From Tubiluchus corallicola (Eukaryota; Animalia; Priapulida), in NCBI GenBank assembly GCA_030141605.1, contig JAQGDQ010000108.1, forward strand, positions 310,001 to 374,000: a DNA stretch of 64,000 nucleotides. Direction: 5' to 3'. This document shows positions 40,401 to 49,362 of the stretch, one piece after another. The position numbers were made by a program, and so were the translations under genes. Within the stretch, counting starts at the first letter, position 1. Every line of letters begins with the position of its first letter. The notes under the pieces were generated by a model. The model was not told the DNA's origin. It was given only the letters and a program-made list of their open reading frames with translations, and made no database searches.

Positions 40401-43400
40401 TTGAAATATACTTTTACATTGTCTTTTCTTCCACATGATTGGATAAGTTCCATTTCATGTCAGATTGATGGAAATTGGACACCAGAAAATTATGACTGTA
40501 CTGGTAAATAAGGCTTAGTCAATTATTGGTTTGTATTAACTAAATTCTATGAAGCAACTGAGGTTTGTAGTTCCGTGCTTCGTAGTCTTAATCAAGCAAA
40601 TTACTCTTCGTGTCTCACATTTTTTACCATGCCATTTGTTTAAAGATTGTTGATGGTTCAAAATACAAAGCTGAAATGGTAACAAAGACAGTGGAAATTT
40701 TATTCGGTAATATAACTCTTTACTTACAAAAAGCTAAAATCAACCCAATTTGGCTTCCATTTTCTAGGTGGCTGGCAATATGACTGGTGTTATAGTTTTT
40801 TATCTTGCACGCAGACAAGATGACGATTTTGGTGTCTAAGTATATGTTTTCAAGGTCAACGAATGTCTAGCTGATGGTTAAAATGCCTGATGGTGCCAAA
40901 ATATTTGCAGTCTCTTGTATATTCATATTAGCTATATGGCATGTTCTCTCTAAGGCACATAAGAAGATTTTAGTATCTATACATAGGCTATAAAGGATTT
41001 TGGGTACTCTGCAATATGGCTTAAATTTTGACAATGCTTTTACCTCATTAAAAGCATTATTTGCATCTTTAAGAAACATTACTAGAGCTGAACAGGTGGC
41101 TGAACTCAATGCCTGTACTCCTACATTTTGTTATTTTGTTTTACTGCTGTGTGACAAAGCACGCAAAGACTTTTTTACATGAAAGGGAAGGTCAATGAAG
41201 GCAATTCCTCCAACATGTACCGCACTATTGTAGCACAACAGAGTGCTGTTGAGATGGCTAAAGATGTTGTTTGTACCAGCATTGTTTGTACTAGCATTGG
41301 GGCTGAAAGAGATCCACTGGTGTGACATGGGGACCACAATGGACACGCAACCTGAAGCATTTCAACAACATATTAAATGTTGCTGCGTGCCAAAGGTACC
41401 CTGAGAGATGTAAATGTTTCCAAGTAAATTTCGCCTACACAACTACAAACGTATTGGTTAACGGGACAGAATGTAGACCCACAAGGATCTATAAATTCTG
41501 ACTTGATCTGTTTGTTTTTCTTATTGTTGACTTCCGTAACAGACCCCTTAAAAGAATGTGCGATATGAATGCCTGACATTACTGATATTCTTACTGTTTA
41601 ATATGAATAACAATAGCAATACTGCCCTAAATCGTCGAACTTTAAAGCCTGTATCTAGATGCTAAAATCATCGTTCTGCTTCCTGTAGAACAAACAATGT
41701 GCCTAATACTTTACATAAGCGACTGCAGCCATCTTGAAAACTGTTTTAAATGCTAAACAGGTGATGTTATAGGTCTTTTTCAGCATCAGCTGTGGATTCC
41801 TTCGAAAATTTTGAAAAACAACATTTTAGACACCAAAATCATCATCTTATCTGCTTTAACAGCTAAGATGTGATCTTTACATGCAAGCGACAGCAAATCT
41901 TGTCATCTTTATGGTAGCAGTCATATTGCAGGAATTTTGATTGACCCCGTATGCAGCATTAATCACCTTGACGAGTTTTAGCATTGTGCAAAGTTTTATA
42001 GCATTTACGTGGAATAAGTAATTTTTCGCTATTCTGCTGTTCTAGATGTCGGGAACGTGGCGGCAGCCATTTAAACACAAACAACACGACAATATCGTAC
42101 CAATGTTGTCGCATATTTTTGCAAATATGGATACCATATGGAAATGTGGACTTGCCACACATTGCACCAATAATGTTTGTCAATATGTGTAAACCATGTG
42201 TTCCAATACTGGGCGATAATATTAGTCCAATGGTGTACCAGTATTGGACAAAATCATTCTATGTGGTACGAGCAATATTTTCTAATCATATTTTTTGTCA
42301 GAATCCTGACAAGATCGTGACTATGCAGTGACAATCTTGTGTGCATAGTGTGATCAAAATAATTTATTTTTGTTTTTATAATTAATCTTTAGATAAAACA
42401 GCTAATATAAGTGCATGATTGGTATAAGTTCGTTTTGTATGACATAGACATACACGTAGACATAGACAGACAAAATTTAATGGGCGACAATTTATGGCGG
42501 CCATTTTTGAAACGAAAGTAACTGAACTGGTGGCTTAGGCCCTGGTAACTTGGAGTAGATGTTGTAGTCGCTTTTTTGATACTATTTGTCCTGGAATTTC
42601 TTTTGATTTGTATAATTTGTCCCAAAACTTGGCAGCCATTATGCTTTTTTCGCATTTTTGGCCCTTTTCCACTAATAATTCTAGCTGGGAACAGTTTCTT
42701 TCAAATTCAGCGCAGTTAGATTGATTACACTAATTATGTTGCCTGCTTTTAGAAAAAACATTGGTACCAATATTGTCACAATATTCTTAAAATATTTTCA
42801 AAAATATTGGTACAATTTTGTGACAAGTCCACATTTCCATATTTATTGTCCCATTTATTGTCTATTGAATATGTTACGCACTATGCCTTTTAACAATGAA
42901 GATGCCTCCATGATGTTTCTTCCAAGATTAACTTTTGTAAATCACCACGGCTTTATTGCAGTGAAGCAGTGTCCAGTTATCACTGGACTACTTAACGCAG
43001 TACCAATGTCTATGGAAAGAAGCTATGGTGATGAGGTTTCTATAAAATGTCTACCGGGGTTTAGCTATGAAAATAGAGAAACTACCATGTTGATTACTTG
43101 TGGCATGGATGAGTTATGGAATCCACCTATTGAAGATTGTATCGGTATGCCGTTGTTTTGAATGTTAACATCACAATATTACATTTTATAGAGACCGTAA
43201 ACTGAATTGGTCAAATATCGTTGCACTTGTCATAAAAAGTATTGCAAACGACATAACACTTTGCGTAACAGTTATAGTGAGTTACTGGACAGTAATTGAG
43301 GTTTTCTGCTACACTGTACTCCATTCTATTTTTTCCATTCTGTTCTGTAATGTTCTGTCCTGTTTCTTCCTGTCCTTTTCTGCTCTCTGTTATGTTTTGT

Positions 43401-43570
43401 TCTATTCTATTCTATTCTATTCTATTCTATTCTATTCTATTCTATTCTATTCTATTCCGCTCATTTCTGTACTGCTGTTTACTCCGTTGTGTTGTATGTT
43501 ATACACTTTTTATTAGCAACAATCAATAGGTAGAGCACACACACATACCTTATATAGATATGTGTTTGTG

Positions 43571-43602
<32 letters not shown>

Positions 43603-46600
43603 TGTGTGCGCGCGCACGCGTTCTTTTTCTTCCCCCTGCTAAGGCACAATTTACTTCGATTCTTTTTCATACCCGTTATTAAGCTTTGGTATTATATAGT
43701 ATTAAATTTTGAAAGTAAAAATTATTTAGCGCAAACTTGGATTTTTATAATTATGGACAATACCGTATATTGCGTTTAGAAAAGAAAAATAAACGGCTAC
43801 AGAAGTAATTTAAAACTGTTAAAAATTATTCATATTGTTAATATTTCAACTCTCCTTCAATATTATACATTAACTATCGGTTTAAAAGGGAAACTTCAAC
43901 AAAATCACATTAAAAAAACAACAATCGTTTCATTGGTACGATCTTAGGAGAAATGTACAGTGTTTCCGAGTGTTGAATGTTGACACTTACACAGGAACAA
44001 TAATAACTTTTTTAGTTTTGTTTAATTCAGGTAAAAAATGCTACAGTCTGGATGAAACTTATAATGCTGTGTGGAATTACACGCTAGACAATGAACCACC
44101 TCAGAATACATATGTTATGGTACGTAACTATATAGTCTCTGTGCAATATTTTGTTCAGTGTAATCTTATTTGATAGCTTGTTTCAGCATGATATCCGCAA
44201 ATAAAAGTGAAACAAAAACAGGCTTGGATACAAATGTAAGTTTCTCGAGCAATCGATTCTTTGCAAGCCGGTAACGGATCATTTTCATTAAATTTCTGGA
44301 CCAAAAGCAACAATAATATCTTTTCGCCAAACAGTTGCTGTTTTGGATATCCCACTTACATTTTATTTGGACCAGATATCTCCATCATTTATCCATGTTC
44401 TGGCTTGGAGAAATACTTTCATAGAATGAAATACAGAAATACACAAACATCAGTTGTGGGAACTAACACCAAGTTCTGGATGTCGCCGTAAGACATCTAA
44501 GAGTGGTAAGACATCCATGTTGAGATCTGCACAGAGGGGTGTCCTTTCTTCTTTGTTTTGAACCAGAGACGCCCAGGAGGCACACTAAGCTGGTTCAAAA
44601 CCCATTATGACTTAGCACTATTTTGACAATAGCAGTTTTTGATAGTTCAACGCCCGAGTGTTCCAATGCTGCCTGCTTTTAAACTGCTATTCCTGTAACT
44701 CGATGAAGATTTTATTTTTGCTGATTTCATTGCAGAGAAAGTTTTCTTTTCATGTTAAACGATTTTGTCTCCCCTGAAACCGCTCACCTTGCGCCCATTT
44801 GTGGTCCAACAAAAGATACGGACTTGGTGGTATAGCTATGTCAAGATGGGTCATGATGAAATTATGATGAATCAGCATAACTCCTGGCTATCTTTCTTCA
44901 TAGCAGGGAAAAAATGCAACTAAAGCACAAGCTATGAGACACTGGTAATCTCTGTTCAGATGTCGAACAAAATAACTGAACGTGCTTACGTTCATAGCAT
45001 ATCACACAACATCCAGGCTTTTTGATATAAGTAAAGGAACACTATTGAAGAAAATGCATTCAGCAATGATTAGAGAACTGTTTGAAAGTTATTGGCAAAG
45101 TTTTTGTTAGAAGAAAAACTCGATTTCTTGGGCAATGTGCGAATCGGCGTTTGGTGGCCGTTTTGAAATCAGGTTAATTTCGGCGTTAGAACTATATAAG
45201 ATTTTTTTAATTATAAGCAGTAAAGCTTGGCCTAACCCAACAATGTAAAGTGATTATTTAAACAATGCTTATTCTGTCAAATTGACGAGAACAGAGAAAA
45301 TCAAATGAGACAGACGGAAATTGAGGAAGTAAGAGATCATTGTAGGTCGTGTGAGTGGTTAATTATCTTTGCTTTAATATTAATCTTTTTATTGTTCATA
45401 AACAGAAGTAAAGCTGATTAACTTTTAAATAGGTAACATGTAATGAAGGTTATGATATAAGTGGTAATCGCAAAACACAATACAGTTATTGCTCACCATA
45501 TGAGTTCACCTGGACACCAGAAATTGAAAAATGCGCAGGTAAATAAATGTCCGTTTGTTAATAACTTTTTTATGTAGTTAATGTAAATTCAATTTTCAAC
45601 TTATCACAACTGCAAAATTTTACTACCTTTCTATTTTTTCTTGTGTTTTGAGTTGAAATTAAAACTATTTAATCTTAGAACTTTTAATGTCACTAGAAGT
45701 GTTTGATGTGACCGTTTCAAAAATGTTCAAATTACTGAAAAGGAACTAGCGGAACTTAGTTTTAACAGCTATTTAAAAAGAACTGCTTCTTTACTTCAGT
45801 TTTCTTACACTTTCTTTAGTGACTTTCTGCATTGCTGTTAGATCAGTCACTCTATTAACTTGCTTTTTACAGAAATGGTTTGTGACCCATTCGGACAGAG
45901 GCATCGTGTTCACAGTGATAATGATGCATTTTTAACAACTGAACAGTTTTTCAACACTAGTCTAAACCTGCAATGTTATGAAGGGTGGTTGTTTTCAAAT
46001 GGTGCGGCAATGGCTTCCACGACTTGTGTTGATGAGCCACGTAGGTGGGAGCCTGCCTTTGCTGACGGATGTGACGGTTTGTTTATTGTGTACACATGAT
46101 ACAAGTTGTACATGGATAATAAAATTACTGAGATAATATTTACATACAAATCTGTTTACATTTCACCCGATAATGCTTTTTAATACTGTATCAGGCCTTT
46201 TTCTACCAACGTTTAACTCCAAATTAGGACAAAGGTCGTTACGTTATCAAGGTACATTGATCTGGAATGATCAAACACATACTTAAGAAAACTGCCATAT
46301 AAATCATTAAAAAGCAATATAAAAACATTTGACTGATATCTATAATAGAGCAGCAACATAATATTGATTTTAATTTCACCAATATTGGTTTTCTTTTTGC
46401 TTCTTTTTTCTCTGGTTAACAATTGCTATATTCATGCTTTTTTATTATGGTTGCATAAGATTTGATTTTTGCTTTGCATGAAATTTTGTTAACGCATAGA
46501 ATCTATTGATTTACATAATTAGTACAAAGTACATCAAATATATACTAATCTATGGTCAGAAACTTTATTTTCATATACATGAAGTGAGATAGTACAAAGC

Positions 46601-46910
46601 GTGAAGTAGTTGAGTTTTGAAGATTTTTTTGGATGAAGTATTGGCATTTGAAATAATTCACTTGCCAATATGTAGAAGGAAGCCTAATCATATTAATTAA
46701 ATTACGAATTAAAAACAGATTAAGCAAAAATCTTAACCAAGTAATACTGTGTAATTGGACAGGCGCTCGCCAGAACTGATATGAGATGACACAAAATTTG
46801 TGTTAACGCATACTTATCCATTCTAAGTGGGGTTGACTGTATAATGATTAAAATACTCTAGTTAGCTGTATCTTTCAAATGATAATGATGATGATGATAA
46901 TAATGATAAA

Positions 46911-46943
<33 letters not shown>

Positions 46944-49362
46944 CAAAAAGCAAAAAACGTGCTTTTTTACGTTTAGTTCCCGTCGTATGTCCTCCAGCTC
47001 TCAGCGGAGATCACCGAATGAAAAGTACTGACGAACAGGTGTTTGGCACAGACCTTATTCTCACTTGTGAAACTGGCTTCGAGTTTTCTCCTGGAGTGAC
47101 TCAAGTATCGACAGTTTGCCAAGCAAATGGACAGTGGACTACAGATCCAGAGTATCTAGGATGTCACGGTATCGTAGGTTAACTTTTAACTAAAGTACAA
47201 AAAGTGAAGACGTCTTGTTATCTTTAAAAATTAAACAAAATGCAAAAAATGTTTTTTTTTGTGTGTTTAGTTCCTATACTTTTTTAATTATGGTATGTGT
47301 CAACTAAAGGTAGATACTTTTATTTAAATTACATATTCAATGTTTTCTGACATTTTTATAGCAATGGGTGCAATTTCTGCTCCAGGGCACCATGTTGTTG
47401 TTCATATAAATTTTGACGATTGTTTCAAGCCACTTTTTCATTTTTCCTCCTCTATGTTAGACCTTAATTATAGCTCAACTGTGTACCTGTTTAAAATATA
47501 CCCCCCCCCCCCTTTCATTAAAAAGTGTGATTTGTGAGCATTATTACAGAAGTAAAGAATATTTTTGGTTAGCAACCCAATCGTGCACTAAACCTGAAAA
47601 TAGACAACTCAAAATATTTATGAGTACCTCGTAACCCCTTGTTCTGATATTGATAAGATGCGATGGCAATTTTCCTGTTCCGCTTTCTAGTCTGTATAAT
47701 TGTAGCACACCACAAATCAAATCAAATCAATTTATTTCGCTCCAGCAATACATATGCAATACAATACATCAACATACAACATGATTGAAAAAAGAAACAG
47801 TACAGGTATATGTAAAATAACGTTGATGAAGTCAAATTAACCAAATTCAGTTGTGGCTCAAACGTTTAAACACAATCTTAAAAGAAGACAGGATGGTTTT
47901 TCATGTACATCCTCATTTTCAAATCCGATAAAAAGTATACATTTTAAGGTAATTAATACAGCAAAAGCGTTTCTGACAATTAAGTAATAGATTAAAAACT
48001 TAATTAACGGCGCGCGAGCCCAACTATTATGACATCACAAACTAACAGAATTTTCAACAGTAAAAATATTTCACGAGTGTGTTGCACATGTTTGCGAAAG
48101 TGAAAATTGAAGTACAGTGCTACTGCATATATTCTGTGTGCTGTACTAAAACTACGCAAGTTTTAAGACAAAAATTCAAATTTACACTTGCGCTCACGCA
48201 TGAGTTATTGAACTCGTGTAGTTCATCGCAAACGAACACATCTGAACTGAGAGGTAGGGCACCTGTTTTTTGTGCAATGCGCTTCCGAAATGCAGCTGCT
48301 AGTGCCCGTCTAACTAGCGAATGCATGTAACAGCGATCAATGAGTGGTACGAACGTGAAATTGTGTTTGTGTGGTAATAATTCTTTCACATAAGTCATTT
48401 TTGAAGAAATAGTATGTTTCCTTTCAATGTTTTAGTAGATTGTTTTGATCTATAATTTTGGATTTGGTTCGGTTTTGCTTTTTAAGTGAAAATGAAGAAG
48501 CAACTTGAAACTAGTGGAGGTAACTTAAACCCTGGGGTATATTAAAACTAGGTTTCTTTTACTGAGTGGTATATTGCAACAGAGTATATGTAATCTAAAG
48601 CTGTTGTTCCAGCAAGTCAAAACACGGGCTTCTTAATGTTGCCATACTCGATCTTCTAAACTTAGAACTTAGTTGAAATATAGTTAATCGAAAATTTAAA
48701 GCATATCGTTAATTGTGTTCTATGTTGGTCATCACTCCTCTTTCTAAATGCCTCCTCATCCGACTAGGACCGTGTTAGTGTTTTAGTGAATCGAAAAACT
48801 TGAAAATGTGGCACTTACAATAAAAGCCAATTAATAACTCCAGGGAGAGGAATGTGGTGGGAACAAGTAATCGTTATAACGGACATTTTCAAATGTGTAG
48901 TCAGTTGAGATGACACTAAGACTTGAGCGTAGCATGGCATTTAGGAAGGGGAAAGATGAACAACAAAGACAAAATAAATGATCTTTCATCTATCATTACT
49001 CAGGGCCGTGCGCAGAAGGTTTATGGCGGCAAAGTTGCAAACCCGCGTTCCAAACCAAAGTTTACAGGGCCCAAAATATCAATTGAAAGAATTCGTGAAA
49101 AAATGGAACTGAGCCTGGATTTCAACCAAAGGCCTTAGACTTACATGTCACGTTTTTTTCTTAGGCTGTTCGTGTCCAGCACTGGTGGCACCACAATATG
49201 GTATCATGAAAGATATTTATGGCCGAGTCAGCGATGGCCACAATCTTCTGTATCGTGACAAAATATTTTTCTTTTGCGATGCAAAGATAGCCGTGTTAGA
49301 AGGCCCTTCCGTGACAAAGTGCCAAGCAAATGGAACCTGGACAAACCCTGTTCCAAAATGTG
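14407..49362 (+). CDS. Secreted or cell-surface multidomain protein: signal peptide + 3 C-type lectin-like domains + 17 Sushi/CCP modules (selectin-like but no EGF); final exon(s) unresolved
   Basis: 28 exons with canonical AG/GT sites join in phase with no stops (4549 nt, about 1516 codons). CTLD Cys pattern and W-x-G/S motifs are present. CCP consensus C..C..G(Y/F)..C..W..C is seen in every module. Confidence 0.88.
14583..14845. mobile_element. hAT-type MITE, 263 bp
   Basis: Perfect 15-bp TIR CAGGGCCTATTTCAG/CTGAAATAGGCCCTG; 8-bp TSD AGTCTAGT on both sides. Confidence 0.9.
14960..15890. repeat. Degenerate ~130-bp tandem repeat rich in GCCATCTTGAA/AAAATGGC, interrupted by a small TIR element at about 15422-15594
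   Basis: Repeated catgacgatc ... gatgt(a/t)at..gc(t/c)gcca.(c/t)tt.aa blocks; inner TIR tcagactaacgagttt / aaactcgctagtctga. Confidence 0.55.
16932..20144 (+). CDS. C-type lectin-like domain 1 (exons 16932-17127, 19273-19400, 20007-20144)
   Basis: CPEDY..SCYKF..AHLTC / YVWTGL..WKWED / DCI..W....C..YIICE; intron phases 1-2-1-1. Confidence 0.9.
18517..18648. repeat. (GCT)n(GTT)n trinucleotide microsatellite
   Basis: Direct reading; source of the poly-L, poly-V and poly-T ORFs. Confidence 0.97.
18993..19180 (+). mobile_element. Internal LINE fragment nearly identical to 22327-22514
   Basis: About 6 differences in about 188 bp by eye; no 3' tail. Confidence 0.85.
20268..23163 (+). CDS. C-type lectin-like domain 2 (exons 20268-20469, 21232-21347, 23059-23163)
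   Basis: CPAGW..SCLL..AEAAC..SHLVKIDS / VWAGI / DCVYI..C....AICE; phases 1-2-1-1. Confidence 0.88.
20534..21020. repeat. Long compound (GAT)n/(GATAAT)n/(AAT)n microsatellite
   Basis: Direct reading; source of the poly-M/I/YH ORFs. Confidence 0.97.
21650..22950. mobile_element. Cluster of three degenerate tRNA-derived SINE-like copies (one minus, two plus); one is interrupted by the LINE at 22127
   Basis: B-box-like gaaggtccctggttcatgtcc (about 22000) and aaaggtccttggttcaaattt (about 22810); inverted copy ggatttgaaaccaggcaccttcgac (about 21861); shared downstream aaatt(t/c)aattaatt. Confidence 0.45.
22127..22655 (+). mobile_element. 5'-truncated non-LTR retrotransposon (ORF2 C-terminus, 3' UTR, (AAATCT)n tail); possibly RTE-X-like
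   Basis: ORF 22182..22538 KFTHCSVNVKRQLFNAYCTTFY...LKVAYN...HWRRLLY resembles LINE ORF2 C-termini; AATAAA followed by a tandem-repeat tail. Confidence 0.8.
23554..29009 (+). CDS. C-type lectin-like domain 3 (exons 23554-23728, 24970-25156, 28913-29009)
   Basis: C..DKCLV..YQAALTEC..MELYS / DFWIS..YEYPNG / NCVTM..TW...C..YPFVCE; phases 1-2-0-1. Confidence 0.88.
23891..24329. mobile_element. hAT-type MITE, 439 bp, with TTCGAA-rich subterminal repeats
   Basis: 13-bp TIR TAGGGGTGAGCAT/ATGCTCACCCCTA; 8-bp TSD GACAGAAC at 23883-23890 and 24330-24337. Confidence 0.92.
25405..25580. repeat. CA-rich low-complexity repeat (CACCACAC-like)
   Basis: Direct reading. Confidence 0.8.
26303..27989. mobile_element. 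~1.7-kb foldback-type element with long imperfect inverted arms
   Basis: gccagaaaatggcaataaataggatg...aaaatttgacattcagaatctgctg is inverted at about 27930-27989; arm similarity runs inward for roughly 550 bp. Confidence 0.85.
28383..28445. repeat. (AT)n microsatellite
   Basis: Direct reading. Confidence 0.97.
29496..29675 (+). CDS. CCP/Sushi exon 1 (array, divergent type)
   Basis: ttttcag|CTGTTGAGTGT...TGTATTG|gtaaaa; 180 nt, phase 1-1. Confidence 0.9.
30366..30545 (+). CDS. CCP exon 2 (array, divergent type)
   Basis: 180 nt, phase 1-1, four Cys and Trp. Confidence 0.9.
31286..31465 (+). CDS. CCP exon 3 (array)
   Basis: 180 nt, phase 1-1. Confidence 0.9.
32193..32372 (+). CDS. CCP exon 4 (array)
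   Basis: 180 nt, phase 1-1. Confidence 0.9.
33113..33292 (+). CDS. CCP exon 5 (array)
   Basis: 180 nt, phase 1-1. Confidence 0.9.
34032..34211 (+). CDS. CCP exon 6 (array)
   Basis: 180 nt, phase 1-1. Confidence 0.9.
34951..35130 (+). CDS. CCP exon 7 (array)
   Basis: 180 nt, phase 1-1. Confidence 0.9.
35871..36050 (+). CDS. CCP exon 8 (array)
   Basis: 180 nt, phase 1-1. Confidence 0.9.
36790..36969 (+). CDS. CCP exon 9 (array)
   Basis: 180 nt, phase 1-1. Confidence 0.9.
37710..37889 (+). CDS. CCP exon 10 (array)
   Basis: 180 nt, phase 1-1. Confidence 0.9.
38631..38810 (+). CDS. CCP exon 11 (array)
   Basis: 180 nt, phase 1-1. Confidence 0.9.
39551..39730 (+). CDS. CCP exon 12 (array)
   Basis: 180 nt, phase 1-1. 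Confidence 0.9.
40450..40503 (+). pseudogene. Truncated 13th array exon (pseudo-exon): acceptor and the 5' two-thirds deleted
   Basis: ggataagtt is joined directly to ccatttcatgtcagattgatgg; about 147 bp missing relative to other units; donor at 40504 intact. Confidence 0.85.
40770..42044 (+). mobile_element. Decayed, internally deleted DNA transposon, probably Academ-like
   Basis: Inverted arms gcaatatgactg/cagtcatattgc and aagatgacgattttggtgtctaa/ttagacaccaaaatcatcatctt; broken + strand coding remnants KARKDFFT*KGRSMKAIPPTCTALL*H, HWG*K..WGPQWT, IKCCC and ERCKC resemble the Cys-rich C-terminus of Academ-type proteins. Confidence 0.55.
42962..43144 (+). CDS. CCP module 13 (divergent)
   Basis: ttgcag acceptor, VKQCPV..KCLPGFSY..TC..W..DCI, gtatgc donor; 183 nt, phase 1-1. 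Confidence 0.9.
43400..43620. repeat. (TATTC)n and (TG)n/(TGCG)n microsatellites
   Basis: Direct reading. Confidence 0.9.
44031..45538 (+). CDS. CCP module 14 split over two exons (44031-44119 and 45433-45538)
   Basis: GKKCYSL..TYVM | VTCNEGYDISG..YC..WTPEIEKCA; phase 0 junction. Confidence 0.85.
45873..46076 (+). CDS. CCP module 15
   Basis: tttttacag acceptor, EMVCDP..QCYEGWLF..TC..W..GCD; 204 nt. Confidence 0.88.
46977..47168 (+). CDS. CCP module 16 (not in the ORF track)
   Basis: VPVVCPP..TCETGFEF..VCQANGQW..GCH; 192 nt, phase 1-1. Confidence 0.88.
47878..48485. mobile_element. Dispersed MITE-like repeat, copy 2 (Kolobok-like, TTAA-flanked)
   Basis: Homologous to 2333-2920; begins ttaaaagaagacagg and ends ggttttgctttttaa (TTAA at both ends, imperfect short TIR). 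Confidence 0.7.
49165..49362 (+). CDS. CCP module 17
   Basis: tttcttag acceptor, CSCPALVAPQYG..FFCD..LEGPSVTKCQANGTWTNPVPKC, gtatgt donor; 198 nt. Confidence 0.9.

Larger units (their letters stand above)
29060..40740 (+). repeat. Tandem array of about 12.7 units of ~920 bp, each an intron plus a 180-nt CCP exon
   Basis: Exon starts 29496, 30366, 31286, 32193, 33113, 34032, 34951, 35871, 36790, 37710, 38631, 39551 (spacing 870, 920, 907, 920, 919, 919, 920, 919, 920, 921, 920); introns are nearly as conserved as exons. Confidence 0.97.
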
